A DNA stretch of 64,000 nucleotides from an uncultured Acidobacteriota bacterium (GTDB taxonomy: Bacteria > Acidobacteriota > Vicinamibacteria > Vicinamibacterales > UBA8438), in assembly GCA_913043225.1 (NCBI GenBank), contig CAJWLU010000010.1, positions 32,001 to 96,000 on the forward strand. Direction: 5' to 3'. The notes beneath the pieces are model-generated. The model did no database searches. It was given only the letters and a program-made list of their open reading frames with translations, and was not told the origin of the DNA. This document shows, piece by piece, positions 59,088-64,000 of the stretch (the stretch's first letter is position 1; every line of letters begins with the position of its first letter). The position numbers and the translations under genes are program-made.

Positions 59088-61431
59088 ATCGTCCCCCAAC
59101 CACGAATGCCCGCGGCATCCCCGGGTAGCCCAGCGCGCTGAAGTACTTCTCGTCGGTCAGGTTCTCGATGCGTGCGAAGGCGGTGAACTCGGGGCTGACC
59201 CGATACTGGCCGCCAGCACCCACCAGCGTGTAGCCAGGATTGACGGTGATGTCGACGGGCGTTCCGTCAGACACCCTTGAGAGCCCGAGGAACGAGGAGT
59301 CGTGCCTGTCGCCGACGAACCTCACGTTCAGGTGGAGGCTCGCGTCGCCCTGCGTGAACGTGGCCTGCGCGTTTCCTGAGTGCTTCGGGCGCCGCAGCAG
59401 CGGCTGACCCGCCCGGAACTGCTGGCTGGTGTTAACCGTGGCGACCACCTCAGTGTCCGTATACGCGTAGGACCCGGTTACCGTGAGTCCTCCGATCGGG
59501 CGCTGTAGGCCCCCTTCGATCTCCACCCCCCGGGCCTGGGATCCGGCGATGTTCAGGTAGTCGGGGATGCCGTCGCCGCCGAACCCCTGGGAGAACTGGA
59601 AAGCCACCTGGTCTTCATAGTCGTTGTCGAAGTAGGTCACCCGTCCGAGCCACTGCTGGGCGTTGAAGGTGAGCTCGACCCCCGCGTCGATGGTGGTGGC
59701 CCGCTCCGGCCTGAGGTCGGGGTTCCCGTTGACAAAGTCGGAGCCGAAGAGCTCGGAGAACGTCGGGTTCTTGATCCCACTGCCGACGTTGCCGAAGAGC
59801 TTCACTGACGAGACTGCCCCTTCGTTGATCGGCACCGGGTAGCCACCGGCTGAGAGCTTGGGGCTGGCCTCGGTGCCGAACCTGCTGTTGTCGTCCATCC
59901 TGACGCCTACGGTCGCATACCACTGGCCGGCCAGTGCCAGGCGCTGCTGCACGAAGAAGGCGTTGTTCTCGATCTCGAAGCCGCCACCTAGTGTCGCGTT
60001 CTCGCGGAGCGGGTCCTCCTCGCGTTCGAACTCGTAGCCGGCGCTGAGCACCTGATCTCCGGCCCAGGTCACGTTGGCCTGATACTGGGCCGAGTAGCGA
60101 CGGTGCTCCGACTCGAACAGGAACGGGAAGTCGAACACGCCGAACGGCGTCGCAGCGAGAAACTCACCGACACCGAGGTCGAATGTATTGGCGGCGAGGC
60201 TGGTGAACGTGGCCTGGTCGAGCAGCCGCACCAGTCGCGGACTGTCAGGGAACAGGGCACCCGGGGTGCCTGATAGCACCGCATACACACTCGGGAAGCT
60301 GTCGCCGGTCTTGTCGACCGAGACCCAATCGTTGCGGAAGTAGGTGATCCCGGCCGAGTGCGTGAACCAGTTCCGGAGGGTTTGGTCCATCGTTAGGTAG
60401 TAGGAGTAGTCGTTGGTGTCGTAGCCGGTTCCGGTGTCGCCGGGGGTAAAGCCGATCTGACCGACTGAGCGTCCCTCGGCGTCGCTGTAGCGGCCACCGA
60501 CCCGCAACCGGGTCTGGTTGCCGACGATGACGCCCAGGCCCCCGTCGACTGAGCCCTGGCGGAACTCGTCGTTCTCGGGGAGCTGGTCCTCGAAAGCGCC
60601 GTCGGTCCGACGGAACGCGCTGCCGAACTGATAGTTGAGCCGGTTGCGTGCTCCTCCCAGAACGCGGGCGTCGCCCCGGGCGCTGTTGAAGCTGCCTCCT
60701 TCAATCGACCCCTGGACGGCCGGTGCCCCGGTGGGCGTGCCCCGCTTGGTAAAGATCTGGATGACCGACCCGATGGCGTCGGAACCGTAGAGTGCCGACT
60801 GGGCGCCTCGCACCACCTCGACCCGTTCGACCTCGGCCGCCGATACCCGGCTGAAGTCGAAGCTTCCGCCGCTGGTGTTCACCTGCACTCCGTCGATCAG
60901 CACCTGGTTGTAGTCCGACTCGCCCCCGCGGCTGAAGAGCGACGAGAACTCACCTTCGCGTCCGGTGGTCTCGATGCTGAGTCCCGGGGTAAACCGGACG
61001 ATGTCGGCTAGCGAGGCCGCGCCCAGTCGTTCGATGTCGTCTTTGCTGAAGACCGAAAGTGATTCGGTAACCGACTGCTGGCTTTGTGCCGTGCGGGAGG
61101 CGGTGACCACGACCGTGTCGTTGAGGGGAGCCAGCCCGAGCTGGAAGTCCTGGGTCGCCGCCGCCGACACATCGACGTCGGCCGTACCCTGGGTGAATCC
61201 TCCAAGCCGGACCGTCAGATGATAGGAGCCCCCCTCGAGTGTCAGCTGGTAGCGGCCGTTCGCGTCGGTGGTGGCGATGCCCACGGGACGCTCGCCGAGC
61301 GACGCTTCGACGGTGGCACTGGGGAGCACCGCCCCGGTCGTGTCGCTGACGGTGCCGCTGATGGTCTGGGCGGAGCCCACCGCGGCCAGGGAGAGAAACA
61401 GGACGAGCGCCGAGAACGTGCGCGAAATCAC
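59071..61431 (-). CDS. TonB-dependent receptor with carboxypeptidase-regulatory-like N-domain
   Basis: TonB box DTVVVTASR, plug with ERVEVVRGAQSALYGSDAIG, GNPDLRPE, ENLTD; SD GGAGG before GTG 61431. Confidence 0.93.
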   Translation of the reverse strand: MISRTFSALVLFLSLAAVGSAQTISGTVSDTTGAVLPSATVEASLGERPVGIATTDANGRYQLTLEGGSYHLTVRLGGFTQGTADVDVSAAATQDFQLGLAPLNDTVVVTASRTAQSQQSVTESLSVFSKDDIERLGAASLADIVRFTPGLSIETTGREGEFSSLFSRGGESDYNQVLIDGVQVNTSGGSFDFSRVSAAEVERVEVVRGAQSALYGSDAIGSVIQIFTKRGTPTGAPAVQGSIEGGSFNSARGDARVLGGARNRLNYQFGSAFRRTDGAFEDQLPENDEFRQGSVDGGLGVIVGNQTRLRVGGRYSDAEGRSVGQIGFTPGDTGTGYDTNDYSYYLTMDQTLRNWFTHSAGITYFRNDWVSVDKTGDSFPSVYAVLSGTPGALFPDSPRLVRLLDQATFTSLAANTFDLGVGEFLAATPFGVFDFPFLFESEHRRYSAQYQANVTWAGDQVLSAGYEFEREEDPLRENATLGGGFEIENNAFFVQQRLALAGQWYATVGVRMDDNSRFGTEASPKLSAGGYPVPINEGAVSSVKLFGNVGSGIKNPTFSELFGSDFVNGNPDLRPERATTIDAGVELTFNAQQWLGRVTYFDNDYEDQVAFQFSQGFGGDGIPDYLNIAGSQARGVEIEGGLQRPIGGLTVTGSYAYTDTEVVATVNTSQQFRAGQPLLRRPKHSGNAQATFTQGDASLHLNVRFVGDRHDSSFLGLSRVSDGTPVDITVNPGYTLVGAGGQYRVSPEFTAFARIENLTDEKYFSALGYPGMPRAFVVGGRFTLSR

Positions 61432-61490
61432 TTTACTACCTCCGATGTGTGAACGAACAAGGCGAGTGGTCGAGATGATGGCTTGGTTGG

Positions 61491-61544
61491 AGTCTAGACG
61501 GAGCTCCAAGAGGCCCATCTGACGGCGTTTGAAGCGTTTTTGAA
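61491..61544 (-). promoter_or_regulatory. OmpR-type direct repeats plus -10 element
   Basis: Minus strand TTCA-N7-TTCA-N6-GTCA-23 nt-TAGACT. Confidence 0.5.
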
Positions 61545-61546
61545 GA

Positions 61547-62353
61547 TCATGCTGTGGTTATGTCCTCCACCAGTCGGCCGAGCAGATGTTCCACCGCTGG
61601 GGGATCGGGCAGGCGATAGCGGGCGCCACTTGGACGCGGGCCGACGGCCACACTGACTCCGTCGGAACCCAGGGCCGCAAAGGCATGTTCGTCGGTCTGG
61701 TCATCGCCGAGATAGACCAACCGAACCGAGGTGGCACGACGGCGTTCCACATCACGGCGGATCCAGATGACCGCGTCTCCCTTCGTCCATGATGACGCCG
61801 CGAGTAGCTCGAGGATGCAGTCACCTGGTTGCAGGCGCAACCGTTGTCGCGCGAGAAGATCGCGGGTGTCGTCGTGGAACCTCGACTCTGCGCGCCGCCG
61901 GTCTTCAGTCGTGGTCGCCCGCAAGTGCAACGTTACCGACTGGCGCTTGCATTCGACGAAGGCTCCCTCGACAGCGGCCGCGATCACGTCCAACCGGGTG
62001 GCCGCCTCGGCCAAGTCGGGCAGCTCGGCATCGTCGATGGGGGCGGTGGCGGCGTTGTGAGGACCTTCGATCTCGCACCCGTGGAGACCAGCGTAGTAGA
62101 CCGCGCCGTCAAGAGCGACCCGGCTCTTGATGTCGCCCAGTGGTCGACCGCTCACGATCCCGACATCGAACCGCGGATGCTCGACCAGCGAGGCCAGAAG
62201 CTGGCGTCGCGCTGGGGACAGAGCGACCTGTTCTGGGTCGGTCTGGAACTCGCAGAGCGTGCCGTCGAAGTCGGTCAGCAGGAGGAGCGAACCCTCTTCG
62301 TGGCATACCGCCCGGGCCACCGTCTCGACCGCGTCATAGCGTACCGGAGTCAC
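61547..62353 (-). CDS. otsB: Trehalose-6-phosphate phosphatase
   Basis: DFDGTL, VSGR, GLHGCE, KGDA, YLGDDQTDE. Confidence 0.9.
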   Translation of the reverse strand: MTPVRYDAVETVARAVCHEEGSLLLLTDFDGTLCEFQTDPEQVALSPARRQLLASLVEHPRFDVGIVSGRPLGDIKSRVALDGAVYYAGLHGCEIEGPHNAATAPIDDAELPDLAEAATRLDVIAAAVEGAFVECKRQSVTLHLRATTTEDRRRAESRFHDDTRDLLARQRLRLQPGDCILELLAASSWTKGDAVIWIRRDVERRRATSVRLVYLGDDQTDEHAFAALGSDGVSVAVGPRPSGARYRLPDPPAVEHLLGRLVEDITTA

Positions 62354-63216
62354 TCCTGGAAGGCCTTCGGATGCAGGGCGCGCGCGATCGCCTCGGTTGC
62401 GTCCCCCATCCGGGGACCGGGCTGCACGAACTCGTTGCCGAGCAGGAGGTGGACCCGTCCGGCGCGGACGGCCGGGATCGCCGGGAGACGGCTCCAGACC
62501 GCGCGCTCGGCGACCTGGCGGGCGGGCGTCATCCGTTCGTCGTAGCTCAGCTCGATGATGATGTCTGGGGCGGCGGTCAGGATCGACTCCGAAGAGAGCT
62601 GCACCGATTCGCGCGCGACGGCGGCGAAGACGTTGTCGCCCCCGGCCGCCTCGACCATGTCATGCAGGAACCCGATGCCCCCGCTTGCATACACGTTCGA
62701 CAAGGTACCTGGCTCGCGGCCGAACACGAGCATCACCCGTGGTTTGGGTTGGTCCGCTACCCGGTTGCTGACCCGCGTGATCTGGCTCCCGATACGGTCG
62801 GCCAGCGCGTCTGCGGGCATCCGCTGCCCGGTTCGGACTCCAAGCTCGCGAATGGTCGCCAGCGTGTCGTTCAGCCCCCCATGGGCGTACACGAACACGG
62901 AGATCCCGGCACGCTCAAGCTGCGCGAGCTGGTCCTCCTGGCTGCCGTACAGCACCACGAGGTCCGGCGTCAGCGCGATGATCTGTTCCATGTCCGGGTC
63001 GATCAGCCCGCCTACCTTGGGAAGGGAGTCGACCTCGGCCGGATGGCGATCGAAGCTCCCCACCCCGACAACCCGTGGGCCCGCGCCCATCGAGAACAAT
63101 GCTTCAGTGAGCGCGGGCACGATGGAGATGATGCGTCCGGGTCGGGTCTGAGCCGGAAGCGCAGCGACCCACACCGCTAGTGCAAAGGAGACAAGGAGAC
63201 GGCAGACAGGCGTCAT
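62350..63216 (-). CDS. Class III periplasmic binding protein (BtuF / Fe-chelate type)
   Basis: RIISIVPALTEALF, PDMEQIIALTPDLV, IPAVRAGRV, PGPR; start set at ATG 63216. Confidence 0.88.
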   Translation of the reverse strand: MTPVCRLLVSFALAVWVAALPAQTRPGRIISIVPALTEALFSMGAGPRVVGVGSFDRHPAEVDSLPKVGGLIDPDMEQIIALTPDLVVLYGSQEDQLAQLERAGISVFVYAHGGLNDTLATIRELGVRTGQRMPADALADRIGSQITRVSNRVADQPKPRVMLVFGREPGTLSNVYASGGIGFLHDMVEAAGGDNVFAAVARESVQLSSESILTAAPDIIIELSYDERMTPARQVAERAVWSRLPAIPAVRAGRVHLLLGNEFVQPGPRMGDATEAIARALHPKAFQE

Positions 63217-64000
63217 CGAGGACCTCCGCCTCGGGTCACGAGCAGCCAGAGGAAGAACGGGCCGCCGAGCATGGCGGTGATGACCCCCACGGGAAGTTCC
63301 ATGGGGGAGAGCAGGGTGCGTGCGGCCGTGTCGCAGACGACGAGGAACGTCGCGCCCAGACAGGCCGAAGCTGGGAGTACGAAGCGGTGGTCGGCGCCGA
63401 TCAGTAGCCGGACGAGATGCGGAACGATGATGCCGATGAACCCGATCGGTCCTCCGAGGGCGACCGCGGCGCCGGTTGCCAGAGAGGCACTGACGAACGC
63501 CAGTCGCTGGGTGCGGAGCACGTCGATACCTCGCGCAGCCGCACTGTCGGTGCCTAGGGTTAGGAGGTTGAGCGCCCGGGGTAGTCCCGCGAAAGCTCCG
63601 GCCGCCACGAGTAGCATCGGCAACGCCCAAAGGAGCGGTTGATAGCTGCTCACGTCCAGGTTGCCCATGACCCAGCGGATGGCCTGGAAGCTCTGGGTGA
63701 AATCGGCCAGATACTGGACGAACAGGATGATGGCCGAGAACAGCGAGTTGAGTGTCACGCCCGCCAGGAGTAGTACGTTGGTGGAGAGCCCCTGGCGTCG
63801 CATCGTGGCGAGCCCATAGACCACGCCGACCGCGGCCAGGGCGCCTACGAAGCTAGCCAACGGAACGGCCGGAATGCCGGCCAGCGTTAGTGGCAAGCCG
63901 AACGTGATAACCAGCATCGCGCCAAGTGAGGCGCCGGCCGAGACGCCGAGCGTGAACGGGGTGGCCAGAGGGTTTCGCAGCAGAGCTTGCAGCACGACGC
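63213..64000 (-). CDS. FecCD/BtuC-family ABC permease, 3' part (starts beyond the window)
   Basis: LRNPLATPFTLGVSAGA, GPIGFIGIIVPH, ELPVGVITAMLGGPFF. Confidence 0.93.
   Translation of the reverse strand, partial: VVLQALLRNPLATPFTLGVSAGASLGAMLVITFGLPLTLAGIPAVPLASFVGALAAVGVVYGLATMRRQGLSTNVLLLAGVTLNSLFSAIILFVQYLADFTQSFQAIRWVMGNLDVSSYQPLLWALPMLLVAAGAFAGLPRALNLLTLGTDSAAARGIDVLRTQRLAFVSASLATGAAVALGGPIGFIGIIVPHLVRLLIGADHRFVLPASACLGATFLVVCDTAARTLLSPMELPVGVITAMLGGPFFLWLLVTRGGGPR

Noticed and set aside
61432..61546. Cobalamin riboswitch upstream of the TonB-dependent receptor
   Set aside because: Only about 115 nt, and no GGGAA or B12-box elements visible

Overview
High-GC bacterial chromosomal segment with no rRNA, tRNA, CRISPR array, IS element or prophage that I can support. 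Gene families (acidobacterial-type VWA protein, beta-barrels with a carboxypeptidase-regulatory-like domain, DUF6152-like protein) suggest Acidobacteriota, probably Vicinamibacteria (inference). Housekeeping content: polA (5' part), ino1, a split methylmalonyl-CoA mutase large subunit, gpmI, rpsU, purDE, argCBDJF/argRH without argG, a deoxyhypusine-synthase-like enzyme with queD, rmuC, otsA and otsB, and a BtuCF-like ABC system. Accessory modules: (i) a DtxR/MntR regulator facing a Tat-exported type-C two-domain multicopper oxidase, a ZIP permease and a cupredoxin, with a clear palindromic operator; (ii) a CusRS-like two-component system whose two neighbours (DUF6152-like protein and a TonB-dependent receptor) share a direct-repeat promoter motif; (iii) a cysteine synthase-rhodanese/JAMM/ubiquitin-like carrier/MoeZ sulfur relay followed by Rrf2-iscS-iscA; (iv) a PDZ-membrane-GAF-PAS kinase with a sigma54 activator behind a sigma54 promoter; (v) four GT4 genes with a coiled-coil protein and a DPPR-synthase-like UbiA. 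Non-coding signals read directly from the sequence: tandem NrdR boxes in front of an uncharacterised 116-aa gene, ARG boxes, a strongly base-paired leader downstream of argH, several leaderless genes, a poly-G frameshift and three decayed gene relics. All calls come from motif recognition by eye; no database search was run.
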